A stretch of 64,000 bases of DNA from Bacillota bacterium (GTDB lineage: Bacteria > Bacillota > Sulfobacillia > Fermentithermobacillales > Fermentithermobacillaceae). The notes beneath the pieces are model-generated. The model saw only the letters and a program-made list of their open reading frames with translations. It was not told the DNA's origin and did no database searches. This document shows positions 1 through 8,228 of the stretch, piece after piece. How positions within the stretch are numbered: the first letter of the stretch is position 1; each line of letters begins with the position of its first letter. Location of the stretch: positions 18,793 to 82,792 of the forward strand of contig JAXGQX010000005.1 of assembly GCA_040766225.1 (NCBI GenBank). Reading direction: 5' to 3'. The position numbers and the translations under genes are program-made.

Positions 1-597
1 TACCTCGACTACCAGTTGGACGATAGCCGACGCGACGTCGGCCTTCCCTCCCCCGGTAAGACCACCTCGTCCGAAGTTGGCAGCCGTAAGGGCACTCAAC
101 ACAGGGGATTGGGCAGCTTCCCGGTAGAGGTCGCTCACCATAAGGTCCACCGTTTGTCGCCGGCCTCGAGCCGCAAGGCTCAGTATCTCGGTGAAATCGC
201 CAGTCGACAAGAGCAAGTGCCCCAGGCCTGTTATGGTTCCTCCACCGACGCCGGTCCCCGTGACTCTCGTGCCGGCTTCTTCAGAAACGTGGAAAACGGA
301 CGTTCCCGTCCCCGCGCTGGCCAACACGAAGGGAAGGCTGCTCAACCCTTGCTCTCGGACCAACTGCCTGGCGCCCGCGCAGAAGCACTCCAGTTCATCT
401 TGCACCTCGGCCGGGGATGGAAGACGCGCCGCCAAATCTCTCGCGCCGCATCCGGTAACGTACACCGGAGCCGCTTGGGGCAGCGAAGCTGCTACCCTAT
501 CCGGATCTGTATACTCAAGGAGCCGGTACTGCCTGGCTCCATCATCATCTATCGCGACCTTGGTCAGTGAACCGCCAACATCGACACCTACGCGCAT
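1..597 (-). CDS. coaW: Type II pantothenate kinase (3' end runs off the window)
   Basis: Not in the ORF track because it has no stop in the window. Manual translation from ATG 597 (RBS GGGAGGG) gives MRVGVDVGGSLTKVA...VTGCGA...ASAGTGTS...GTGVGGGTITGLG...VDLMVSDLY...LTAANFG, matching the staphylococcal/eukaryotic-like type II PanK motifs. Confidence 0.9.
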   Translation of the reverse strand, partial: MRVGVDVGGSLTKVAIDDDGARQYRLLEYTDPDRVAASLPQAAPVYVTGCGARDLAARLPSPAEVQDELECFCAGARQLVREQGLSSLPFVLASAGTGTSVFHVSEEAGTRVTGTGVGGGTITGLGHLLLSTGDFTEILSLAARGRRQTVDLMVSDLYREAAQSPVLSALTAANFGRGGLTGGGKADVASAIVQLVVEV

Positions 598-618
598 CAA
601 ATTCCCTCCCACGCCTGA

Positions 619-1014
619 CTACCTAATCACCCTGACTTCCACGCCCTTCAAGGAAGCCCACCGCTTATCGGCGGTGACCGCAGGCAAGTCTCTGCTTTTG
701 GCCAAAGCCAGGCAAGCCCTATCACCCAGCGACAACCCGAATGCCCGGCTAATCCCTCTAAGACGAGCTGCATCCGAGGCGGCCTCAAGATCAAAGTCGA
801 CCACCTCTATCGCTTCGAGTAGACCGGCATCACTTAAGTCGCTGAGCGCGTCTTCTACCTCGATCCCGCGGTCAACGAGGACCGACAAAACCTCTGACAA
901 GTTCACTGAACTGATGCAGGCCCCCTCACCAAGAGCCCAAGTCACCACATCCGCTCCATGTTCATCAAACAGGAAAGCGAGAAGGGCTGAGGCATCCAGC
1001 ACAGCATTAGCCAC
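619..1014 (-). CDS. vapC: VapC/PIN-domain toxin
   Basis: N-terminal VLDASALLA, conserved E in NLSEV, LSLGDRACLALA and VTAD PIN motifs; overlaps the upstream antitoxin gene. Confidence 0.9.
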   Translation of the reverse strand: MANAVLDASALLAFLFDEHGADVVTWALGEGACISSVNLSEVLSVLVDRGIEVEDALSDLSDAGLLEAIEVVDFDLEAASDAARLRGISRAFGLSLGDRACLALAKSRDLPAVTADKRWASLKGVEVRVIR

Positions 1015-1270
1015 GTCGCGCCTGGTCCTCCTTCATCTCTCGTCTACGGTCTGCGATGAGCTGATCCGCCACGCTCTCATCCGCACTTCGCAGCTCGCGG
1101 TACATGCCCTTTGCCTTCTTCACTGCGTCCGCCAGCTTAACGGCACGAAACTCACCGGGTCCGAGAGGTTCGATCATCACAGTGTCTCCCTCGAGAAATC
1201 CCAACTGCCTGCGGGTCTCGGCAGGTATTGGAAGCCTGCCGCGGTCATCAATGGATACCCGAACTCCCAC
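1007..1270 (-). CDS. vapB: AbrB/MazE-type antitoxin (VapB)
   Basis: IDDRGRLPIPAETRRQLGFLEGDTV is a SpoVT/AbrB signature; tail SVADQLIADRRRE; coupled to the PIN gene. Confidence 0.88.
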   Translation of the reverse strand: MGVRVSIDDRGRLPIPAETRRQLGFLEGDTVMIEPLGPGEFRAVKLADAVKKAKGMYRELRSADESVADQLIADRRREMKEDQARRG

Positions 1271-1310
1271 CGGGATCCCCCCTTCTTGCGTAGTTGGAAT
1301 GCGTCTGGCG

Positions 1311-1353
1311 TGGGTAAATCATACGTCTGCCCATCGGTGACGTCAAGTGGGCA
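1311..1353 (-). promoter_or_regulatory. Sigma-A promoter and likely operator of the first vapBC pair
   Basis: Minus strand TTGACG (1346-1341), 17 nt, TATGAT (1323-1318), overlapped by TGGGTA/TGCCCA/TGGGCA inverted half-sites. Confidence 0.6.
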
Positions 1354-1471
1354 CTTCCAGTTCTTGGCGACACCAGACCTTGCCGCGAACAAGGAAGATA
1401 TGCTATCGCTGCTGGGGAAGACCCGTGGATGCGGATCTTCGAGTAGAGAGGTCATGACTCCCGTAAACGAT

Positions 1472-1503
1472 TTGGGGCTGCGGCAATCGTACCGCGGCCC
1501 CGA
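1472..1503 (-). terminator. GC-rich hairpin downstream of the second vapC
   Basis: TTGGGGCTGCGG-caatcgta-CCGCGGCCCCGA inverted repeat just 3' of the 1525 stop; weak U tract. Confidence 0.45.
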
Positions 1504-1524
1504 AGTGCTCGCCTCTAGTAGGGA

Positions 1525-1989
1525 TCATGGACTATGACGCAACTCTAGTTGTTTCAGGTACAGTGGAGGTGACGAACCGAGGACCTGAACCAGTTGTCTG
1601 TCGGCGGTCCAAAATTCCACCGAACCCCGTGACTCTTCTGCCACACTATCGCAGACCGCGAGGAACGCGGCATCGTACATCGTCGGAAGCTGGTACCGCA
1701 GGGAGACATCCCAGGCCACGTGTAGAATGGTTGCGTCCTGAAGATAGTCAATCGATAGCGATGCGAACCGGTCCCAAGCAGTCGAAGCCTCAGTCTCCGT
1801 AATGAGTCCGGCTTTCATCTTCTTTAGCAACACGGTTCCGACTTCGGCCCAAGCAAAGGCGGGTGCGACCAACCAGCTACCGGAACTCACTGCTTCGCGC
1901 AAGAGATCCAGTGCCTCGGTGCTACCCTCCTCAGGCACGAGGGCTTTCACGAGAACGCTGGTGTCTAGGCAGTACGTCCGTTTATTTAT
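1525..1989 (-). CDS. vapC: VapC/PIN-domain toxin, probable non-canonical ATA start
   Basis: The ORF track starts at GTG 1950, but the first PIN motif (YCLDTSVLVK) lies upstream in frame. ATA at 1989 sits 8 nt after GGGGAG and an in-frame TGA lies just upstream. Also WAEVGTVL, MYDAAFLAV, FWTAD. Confidence 0.85.
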   Translation of the reverse strand: MNKRTYCLDTSVLVKALVPEEGSTEALDLLREAVSSGSWLVAPAFAWAEVGTVLLKKMKAGLITETEASTAWDRFASLSIDYLQDATILHVAWDVSLRYQLPTMYDAAFLAVCDSVAEESRGSVEFWTADRQLVQVLGSSPPLYLKQLELRHSP

Positions 1990-2236
1990 GTCGATCGCTC
2001 CCCATTCTCATCTGTCTTACCAATGGCGTCGAGTCGGGCTGCAAGCCGCGCTCAGCCATTGCCGCCCGTTCCTTCTCAATCTGACCCAGGAGGCGGAGTT
2101 GCCTCCTTACGGACACCTCTTTTTGGATAGCCGATACAACCAACTCATTGATGGAGTCCCCGTAAGCGACAGCTTCTTCGCGCACAAGTTCTACAAGCGC
2201 CTTGGGCGCCCTTACGGTAAACTGCTCTCTTTCCAA
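1982..2236 (-). CDS. Ribbon-helix-helix antitoxin (VapB-like)
   Basis: TTG start at 2236 after GGAGGT; QFTVRAPKALVELVREEA...SINELVVSAI RHH pattern; DSTPLVRQMR tail; overlaps the PIN gene. Confidence 0.8.
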   Translation of the reverse strand: MEREQFTVRAPKALVELVREEAVAYGDSINELVVSAIQKEVSVRRQLRLLGQIEKERAAMAERGLQPDSTPLVRQMRMGSDRHK

Positions 2237-2307
2237 TCTCTCACACCTCCTGACCCCCATGGACAAACACTTGCCAAGGGATGACCTCCGAGATGGGCTC
2301 ACAGCCT

Positions 2308-2341
2308 GATAGCATTACTCGATATCAGTATATGCTGTCAA
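2308..2341 (-). promoter_or_regulatory. Palindromic operator/promoter of the second vapBC pair
   Basis: Imperfect inverted repeat GATAGCATTACTCGATATCAGTATATGCTGTC; TTGACA on the minus strand at its edge. Confidence 0.5.
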
Positions 2342-2435
2342 CGCCAGATACTGCAAGAGGAAATCCTTTTCCTCGTACCACTCATAGACAACTGACCGCC
2401 GCCAGCGAAATGATATGGAAATCTGTTGTTATATA

Positions 2436-2464
2436 TTGCTTCGTGTTGGCAGTCTGTGTATGAT
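2436..2464 (+). promoter_or_regulatory. Sigma-A promoter of the third TA pair
   Basis: TTGCTT, 17 nt, TATGAT preceded by TG dinucleotides, then RBS AGGAGG. Confidence 0.55.
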
Positions 2465-2475
2465 GCCGGTAGGAG

Positions 2476-3000
2476 GTGTCACCCGTGGACGACGTATTCC
2501 TGACCCCTAAGCAAGCGGCAGCAATGCTCAACTTGTCGGCGTACACCATCCGCGCCTATGCGAGACAGGGCATCATTCCGGCACAAAAAGTGGGGCGAGG
2601 CTGGCGGTTCTCTCACAACGACTTAATGGAGTGGCTGCGACTTGGCCAAGGACACCAGACACAGGAGCAAGATGAGGCCACAGAGACGCTCCGGGCAATC
2701 AGACATAGGGCAGAGAAAGGCAACGTCGACGCACTGGTGAGAGACTCGCGCACTGAGTTGCTTAGGAGGAACTCCGCAGTACAGCTCAACATAGACATCC
2801 CTCACGACAAGGAACATTTGGTCTCCCGACTGGATCAGGTTGCGAAGGCGCTTGGTCGCCCCAAGAACGAGCTGGTCCTGGAGGCGCTTGAGCGCTTTCT
2901 CGCCTTAACAAAACCCCGAGTCGCGCTACCCGTTCGCGAGGGCAAAGTCATAGGCCGCTTATCCAGGGAAGAAATCTACGGGGGCAGGGGATCACCATGA
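2476..3000 (+). CDS. Fused antitoxin: excisionase-like HTH_17 domain plus RHH/CopG-type VapB domain
   Basis: N-terminal FLTPKQAAAMLNLSAYTIRAYARQGIIPAQKVGRGWRF (HTH_17); C-terminal VQLNIDIP...LDQVAKALGRPKNELVLEALERFL (RHH) and LSREEIY tail; ATGA overlap with the PIN gene. Confidence 0.8.
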   Translation: MSPVDDVFLTPKQAAAMLNLSAYTIRAYARQGIIPAQKVGRGWRFSHNDLMEWLRLGQGHQTQEQDEATETLRAIRHRAEKGNVDALVRDSRTELLRRNSAVQLNIDIPHDKEHLVSRLDQVAKALGRPKNELVLEALERFLALTKPRVALPVREGKVIGRLSREEIYGGRGSP

Positions 3001-3473
3001 TCTTGGTTGACACCAACGTTCTCATATACGCTATCCAGGGTAACGCTCCCCACCATGGACCGTCACGACAAGTGATCGAATCAGTAGAATCGGGCACGGT
3101 TCTGGCCTGCGTCTTCCCACAGATTCTCCTTGAGTTTTTCGCTGTGATTACCGACGCTCGACGAATGGAAAAACCCGCAACTTTTGACGAGGGTCTGAAC
3201 CTTGTCGAAAGATACTCGGCCCTATTCCCGGTTTTGCAGCCTTCCCCCGCCGCTCTCAGTATCCTGTACTCATTAGTTGCGGAATCTAAGGTCACCGGTC
3301 AGCGCATCTTCGACTTGTATATCGTCGCACAGATGATGGACGCTGGTGTTGAAGCCATATGCACGTACAACGCCAAAGACTTTGTCGGTCACCCCGTTAC
3401 GGCCGTAACTCCAGAAGACATCCTGCGCGGCAAGGAAGACTCGCCTCTGGTTCACGATAGAACGCGAGAGTGA
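2997..3473 (+). CDS. vapC: VapC/PIN-domain toxin
   Basis: MILVDTNVLIYA, ILLEFFAVIT, RIFDLYIVAQM and ICTYNAKDF PIN motifs. Confidence 0.9.
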   Translation: MILVDTNVLIYAIQGNAPHHGPSRQVIESVESGTVLACVFPQILLEFFAVITDARRMEKPATFDEGLNLVERYSALFPVLQPSPAALSILYSLVAESKVTGQRIFDLYIVAQMMDAGVEAICTYNAKDFVGHPVTAVTPEDILRGKEDSPLVHDRTRE

Positions 3474-3904
3474 GACGTTCTACTCCGTCACCGTCAAGTA
3501 AGAACGTTCTTGAATCCGAGTACTGAAACGGTGGTCGACATAGCAGCTCCGTTGGAAGATGGTTTCTACGTGGTCAAGTTCGTCTTTTGGGCTGGGGGTA
3601 AGCCTTACGACGTCTTGACCAACCCCATTTTTGTTAATGTGCCGTAGGCAACTCGGGCGGGCACGCCATCCGAAGGTAACCATGCTCGCCAAACTGAACC
3701 CACCCGTTGGGCCGGTTTCGCCGGCCCGTCGGGCACGAACAATGTGGGGAGGGCGCACCCTTTGGAGTCACTGCGCATCGCACGAGTGACGTTCATGATA
3801 TAGGTGGGTACGAGCAGAAGGACCATGCAGCTGGCCGCCAGAAACCGCTTGGCTCTTATGCAGTCCCATAGTCCAGTCTGCCCGCCCCGGCAGACTTCGC
3901 GCCG

Positions 3905-4651
3905 TTATTCGCTCTGCGAGAGCAACTCTAGGTCGCTTCCGTCAGTGTTCATTCTGTACAAGGAGTAAGCGACGCCGTACTGAACGGTCCTGCTCGGTGA
4001 TGTGGTCTCGAAAAGGACCCACCCTTCCTCAACACAAATGGCCCAGCACTGGGCGTCTTGGCCCAAGGTCGCCAGCACCTGAACGTCGCTGCCGTCGAGC
4101 CTCATCCTCCGGATAGCAGGCGGAATCGTTTCGTCCGGGTCCTGGCCTCTAGACGCTTTTGTAGCGAAGTAGATCCACCCGTTCGCGACGTTGAGTCCCT
4201 GGCACCGGTAGTCAGCGAAGAGTTGCTGGATCTCAGTGCCGTCTGTGCTCATGCGGTAGAGACACCCGTCATCGTACCTAACACAATAGATCCAACCGTC
4301 GGACACAATCATATAGGTGTGGACGAGGAAGTCACACAACTGCTCGACAGCCGTGCCGTCCATCTTGGCCCGGTATATGCCCTTGTCGGTATAGTAGATC
4401 CAGTCCCCGTCAATGTAGAAGCGGGATACAACCTTCCCGACCATTAGCTCAGGGTCGCCGCCGCCAGCGTTCATGCGATAGACGGCCCTCTCAAAGGTCT
4501 TGTAGTCAACCCCGCCATAGTAGATGTGGTCGTCAACAACGGTGACCTGGCGGGCCTCGACATGGGCACCGGTATCTTCCTCCTCTTTGGATGATTTGAG
4601 GTAGACGAGAGGGCCATCTTCCGACTCATAACCCAATTGTTCCGTGTGCAA
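3905..4651 (-). CDS. DUF5050-like beta-propeller protein (possibly N-terminally truncated)
   Basis: Repeated DGDWIYY / DGWIYC / NGWIYF and LYRMSTDGT / RMRLDGSD / LYRMNTDGSD blades; weak start with no signal peptide. Confidence 0.75.
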   Translation of the reverse strand: MHTEQLGYESEDGPLVYLKSSKEEEDTGAHVEARQVTVVDDHIYYGGVDYKTFERAVYRMNAGGGDPELMVGKVVSRFYIDGDWIYYTDKGIYRAKMDGTAVEQLCDFLVHTYMIVSDGWIYCVRYDDGCLYRMSTDGTEIQQLFADYRCQGLNVANGWIYFATKASRGQDPDETIPPAIRRMRLDGSDVQVLATLGQDAQCWAICVEEGWVLFETTSPSRTVQYGVAYSLYRMNTDGSDLELLSQSE

Positions 4652-4686
4652 GACCTAGGTGGGAGTCTGCCGAGATGCGTCCTAAT

Positions 4687-5322
4687 CTATTTTAGGGGCT
4701 GTGTCCTTGGACCAAACCTCAGGTTGTTGAGAGTGGCGACTACCTCGCCGTCCTTATCCATCGCAATGACCTTAATCCAGTCTTCTTTCTTCTCATTGAG
4801 AGGGGTCTGAATCAGCCAGTAACCGCCTACCGGAACCGTCTCATACACATTGTCCATGTCCGTCACCAGCAAGATCTTGACAATTTTTCGGTTGTACGCT
4901 GTACCGCCTCCTTCCAGACGATATAGCACAGTAGTCCCGTCGTCCGACACCGGACTCGCTTGGAATATGTCGCCCATGAACCCGTGGTCTTTGGGGTACT
5001 GTGTCCAAAAACCGTTTTCCACCTGCTCGTTCCGGAATAAGGCGATGTACATATAGTCCACCACCATGTTTTCGGCGCCTTCCAGCCCACCGACCCGGTA
5101 CCTTAGGTCACACGCCGCAAACAGTCCGTCACCAACGGCCTCGCAGACCCTCCACTTGGTGGACACCAGCTTCAGATGCGGGTCGTCATCAGGAACGCTA
5201 TCTTTCACGTAATCAGGGACTTCTTCTTCGGGAATCGTAGGCATGCAGGCTGCCAGCAACAGCACCAAGGTAAGCGCAAAGACTGCCGCTGCTCCGCCTC
5301 GCTTGATTCTCACGGGTATCAC
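4687..5322 (-). CDS. Hypothetical lipoprotein
   Basis: Basic N-terminus, hydrophobic stretch, lipobox LLAAC; RBS GGAGGT. Confidence 0.7.
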   Translation of the reverse strand: MIPVRIKRGGAAAVFALTLVLLLAACMPTIPEEEVPDYVKDSVPDDDPHLKLVSTKWRVCEAVGDGLFAACDLRYRVGGLEGAENMVVDYMYIALFRNEQVENGFWTQYPKDHGFMGDIFQASPVSDDGTTVLYRLEGGGTAYNRKIVKILLVTDMDNVYETVPVGGYWLIQTPLNEKKEDWIKVIAMDKDGEVVATLNNLRFGPRTQPLK

Positions 5323-5391
5323 CTCCGTCTTGCTCCAACCCCGCTTGTTAGCTTGTGCTGGGTTTTCGCCATCACATGCGGCTCAGGCACT

Positions 5392-6105
5392 TCATGAGCC
5401 TCCTTCGAAACTCCGCAACGTTTCAATAAAGCTCTCCAGACTATCAACATCCACTAGGCCACTGGCGTGGAAACAGAGACCAGATTCGGACCACCAAGCC
5501 GCGGAGAGGCCGGCCTTATGAACGAAGACGCGTACATCTACGTCCCGTATGCGCTTCTCTAGGAACTGGAAATCATTGTTGTCGTAGGTAAGCATGCTGC
5601 TTGAGACAAGGCCGGCAGGCCATTGCCTTAGCAATACGGACGCACCATCTTCTCGAACATAGTCGGTCATGAGGCGGGTATCTTTTGTTTCAAGGCTGTC
5701 AATAGAATAGCCGGTGAGGCGCCACACCGAGTCGTCAGACGGAATCAGCAGCGGTTTGAACGCGAGTGCCTTCATGTCCTGAGTGAGGAGACGGAGTTGC
5801 TCATCGCTCTCATTAGGAAGTTGTCTCAGTATTACGGAGACCGCGCGGACACTCCAAGCCCTGACCTGGGGGATCTTGAACAGACCTACCGAGACGAGCA
5901 AACAACACGCGATGATAGCAACCTTCCTTAAGATCCAGGCCACTGATTGTCGCTCTCTCTTGCTTGAGTAGACCCGGGACCGAACTTTTTCCCATCCGGC
6001 TGCTTTCCCTCGCACTGGGATCTCGTCGAGCGACGCCATCATTGCTGTGCGAATCAGGCTGTCAAGGATTGTATCCTGGTCTCTAGTATCCATGACGGTC
6101 ACCAT
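5392..6105 (-). CDS. Putative membrane anti-sigma factor (DUF4367-like extracellular domain)
   Basis: Overlaps the ECF sigma stop; short cytoplasmic N-terminus, one TM segment (KVAIIACCLLVSVGLF), C-terminal WWSESGLCFHASG...LESFIETL. Confidence 0.7.
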   Translation of the reverse strand: MVTVMDTRDQDTILDSLIRTAMMASLDEIPVRGKAAGWEKVRSRVYSSKRERQSVAWILRKVAIIACCLLVSVGLFKIPQVRAWSVRAVSVILRQLPNESDEQLRLLTQDMKALAFKPLLIPSDDSVWRLTGYSIDSLETKDTRLMTDYVREDGASVLLRQWPAGLVSSSMLTYDNNDFQFLEKRIRDVDVRVFVHKAGLSAAWWSESGLCFHASGLVDVDSLESFIETLRSFEGGS

Positions 6106-6664
6106 CCTCTGCGATCGCGGTTTCTCCGAGAAGAGTCTTCTTAAGAAGAAGCCTAGCCCTTGACAGACGAGACTTCACGGTCCCTTCGGCTACGCCTAGC
6201 GTCTGCGAGACGGCCTTCACGCTCAAGCCGTTGATATAGAACAGCACGACGGTAGCCCTGAAATCTTCCGGCAACTCAGATAGGGCACTCACCAGTCGGG
6301 ATCGCTCCTCATATCCTGAGGCCTCTGCGGCGGTGTCCTGCTCAGAAGCCACCGAGCAAGCGTTTTCACTAATTGGACTCTCATGCCTGCGCCTACGAAC
6401 GTAATCGCGTGCGACGTTAAGCGCGATGCTCGTTACCCAGGGAGAAAACTTGCTTTGGTCGCGCAACGAACCATATTGTTCAAAAGCCCTCACGAACGCT
6501 TCCTGAGTTGCTTCTTCCGCCAGATCAGGGTCCCCGAAAGCGGCGACGACTTGGCGATAGGTTGAGTCATAGTAGGCATCGTAAAGCGCCTCGGCCGCGT
6601 CTTGTGAAGGGACTCCGCGTCGAAATGGCTGAAGTAATGTGATACCTGTCACCCCAATCCACAA
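6083..6664 (-). CDS. ECF RNA polymerase sigma-70 factor
   Basis: Region 2 AEEATQEAFVRAF...FSPWVTSIALNVARD; region 4 LSELPEDFRATVVLFYINGLSVKAVSQTLGVAEGTVKSRLSRAR. Confidence 0.92.
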   Translation of the reverse strand: MWIGVTGITLLQPFRRGVPSQDAAEALYDAYYDSTYRQVVAAFGDPDLAEEATQEAFVRAFEQYGSLRDQSKFSPWVTSIALNVARDYVRRRRHESPISENACSVASEQDTAAEASGYEERSRLVSALSELPEDFRATVVLFYINGLSVKAVSQTLGVAEGTVKSRLSRARLLLKKTLLGETAIAEDGDRHGY

Positions 6665-6929
6665 ACGTCATCGGTTAGGCGATCCTTCACCCAACAGACT
6701 CACTAGCCTCGATTTGGTTCCCGGTCTCTCTGGTTTTGAACGAGGCATGCAAGTGAGGTCTCGTGCGAGTTCGTCGTTAGGAAGCCCGGCCCCTTGTTGC
6801 GTTGAGAAGAAACACATTTACGTCTGCGCGCGTCTATACTAGTAACTTTTGGCAAACCGTGGTTATCAATAAGGACATCTCTCGCCTCTATATGTCTGAG
6901 CCAATCAGACCCGAAAGGAGGTGCAGGGC

Positions 6930-7158
6930 ATGGAAGGGAACGCGCTTCGTAGTAGTCGGAATCGCCTTTGTGGTCGACCAGGCACTAGGCGTGAACGTGT
7001 TTTGCGGCATTACGATACGAGGTTTTATCATCAACGAGGCGATAAGCACACTCCAAAACATCTCCCTTATTGGCACACGGATACCACCTGCCCTCCGAAA
7101 CGGCCTCTCGCGACTTCAGAACAACTTGTCCGGCAGCAAGGATCTCGAGAACCAGTAG
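6930..7158 (+). pseudogene. Internally deleted phage holin (Phage_holin_4-like) remnant
   Basis: RBS AAAGGAGGT and ATG 6930 are out of frame with FVVVGIAFVVDQALG...FIINEAISTLQNISLIGTRIPPALRNGLSRL, which resembles the holin C-terminal NExISIxEN...GxPIP motif. Confidence 0.6.
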
Positions 7159-7336
7159 CCCCAAAGTTAAGACTCGACTCGGCAATTGGTTGGCTGACCG
7201 ACGCAAGAACATCTCAGACTCACGGAAAACCGCAACAAGCCTCTGACCAGCGGAGCGGACCCGCAACACTACCCTGCTAGACTATTGGCGCGGAGCCCGG
7301 GCGCTCAAAATGTGCCAATCGTCGGAGGTTGGTCTG

Positions 7337-7579
7337 ATGCGTAACACGAGCTTCTCGCATCTTCTGGAAAGAGCCAAACACGGGGACGCCGAGGCCATCA
7401 GGCAGGTGGTTGATAGACTCGAGCCCCTCGTTCGCAAGTATTCCTCACGGCTCGGGTACGCTGACGCACGTTCTGAACTCATCGAGTGGCTGCTCAGGGC
7501 CATCCACCGATATCCTCTGGCATCTCAAAGCAGGGATTCTTCCCCCAAAAGTTATCACAAGGGCAAGGCGACCTTTTAG
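7337..7579 (+). CDS. Small sigma-region-2-like / HTH_16-type protein
   Basis: FSHLLERAKHGDAEAIRQVVDRLEPLVRKYSSRLGYADARSELIEWLLRAIHRY; RBS GGAGGT before ATG 7337. Confidence 0.65.
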   Translation: MRNTSFSHLLERAKHGDAEAIRQVVDRLEPLVRKYSSRLGYADARSELIEWLLRAIHRYPLASQSRDSSPKSYHKGKATF

Positions 7580-7725
7580 TGAAAAGCACCGTCGCCTGAC
7601 GAGGCGGCGATGGGAGGGCTGGCTCATCTGACAGATGCCGTCGCCCGACTATTGCCGCCTCCGTGCCTAGCGCGAGTGTCCAGGCGAAGGTGATAGACAC
7701 GGCACCTTGGACAGGTTATGCGTAC

Positions 7726-7762
7726 TGTACATATTGTACATATTGCACACATACGCTATCAT
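7726..7762 (+). promoter_or_regulatory. Promoter with three 9-bp-spaced TGTACA/TGCACA operator boxes
   Basis: TGTACA 7726, TGTACA 7735, TGCACA 7744; TTGTAC (7734), 17 nt, TATCAT (7757). Confidence 0.65.
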
Positions 7763-7778
7763 TTGAGGTGGTGGAGGG

Positions 7779-8228
7779 ATGACAGTGCTTACCGAGTACA
7801 ACTTCAGCAACGCCAGAAGCAACTTTACCGAGCTAATTGACTGTGTCCAGCGGCTGGCGCCTGCCGTTATCCGACCAAGGAAGAAAACTGAGGACGCAAG
7901 CGTTATTCTGTCCCGGGCCTTGCTTAAGATGATACTCGGGGAGAGCGAAGCGTCATCTCGCTTGGAGCCGAGGTTCATCACTGAGACTGATGGGTCCGTT
8001 ACCCTGGTGCTTGACCCTCTTGATATTGCCGTTAACTCCAATTCGAAGGAGTCGGCCATTCGGGAGGCGGTCGGCGAAGCAGTGGAGTACGCGAAGGAGT
8101 ATTTGGATCCCGCAAACGTGGCGCTGTATCTGCGATCTCCCAATCGCAGAGCCCATTTTTCAACGGTGCTTCAGATAGCCATATGCGACTCACCTCAAGA
8201 GATACTTGAGGTTCTGAACCTTGCCTAA
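7779..8228 (+). CDS. Antitoxin with Phd/YefM-like N-terminus and HicB-like C-terminal domain
   Basis: YNFSNARSNFTELIDCV...PAVIRPRK (Phd-like); ETDGSVTLVLDPLDIAVNSNSKESAIREAVGEAVEYAKEY...SPNRRAH; overlaps the HicA gene. Confidence 0.78.
   Translation: MTVLTEYNFSNARSNFTELIDCVQRLAPAVIRPRKKTEDASVILSRALLKMILGESEASSRLEPRFITETDGSVTLVLDPLDIAVNSNSKESAIREAVGEAVEYAKEYLDPANVALYLRSPNRRAHFSTVLQIAICDSPQEILEVLNLA

Noticed and set aside
191-1537. 448-aa plus-strand ORF (and 16-570)
   Set aside because: Antisense shadow of coaW and vapBC; Ser/Pro-rich with no recognisable motif.
2476-2650. Prophage excisionase marking an integration site
   Set aside because: No integrase or tRNA nearby; the HTH_17 domain is fused to antitoxin sequence and coupled to a PIN gene.
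3480-3826. Overlapping short minus-strand ORFs
   Set aside because: No recognisable family, RBS or consistent frame, so they cannot be supported as a gene.
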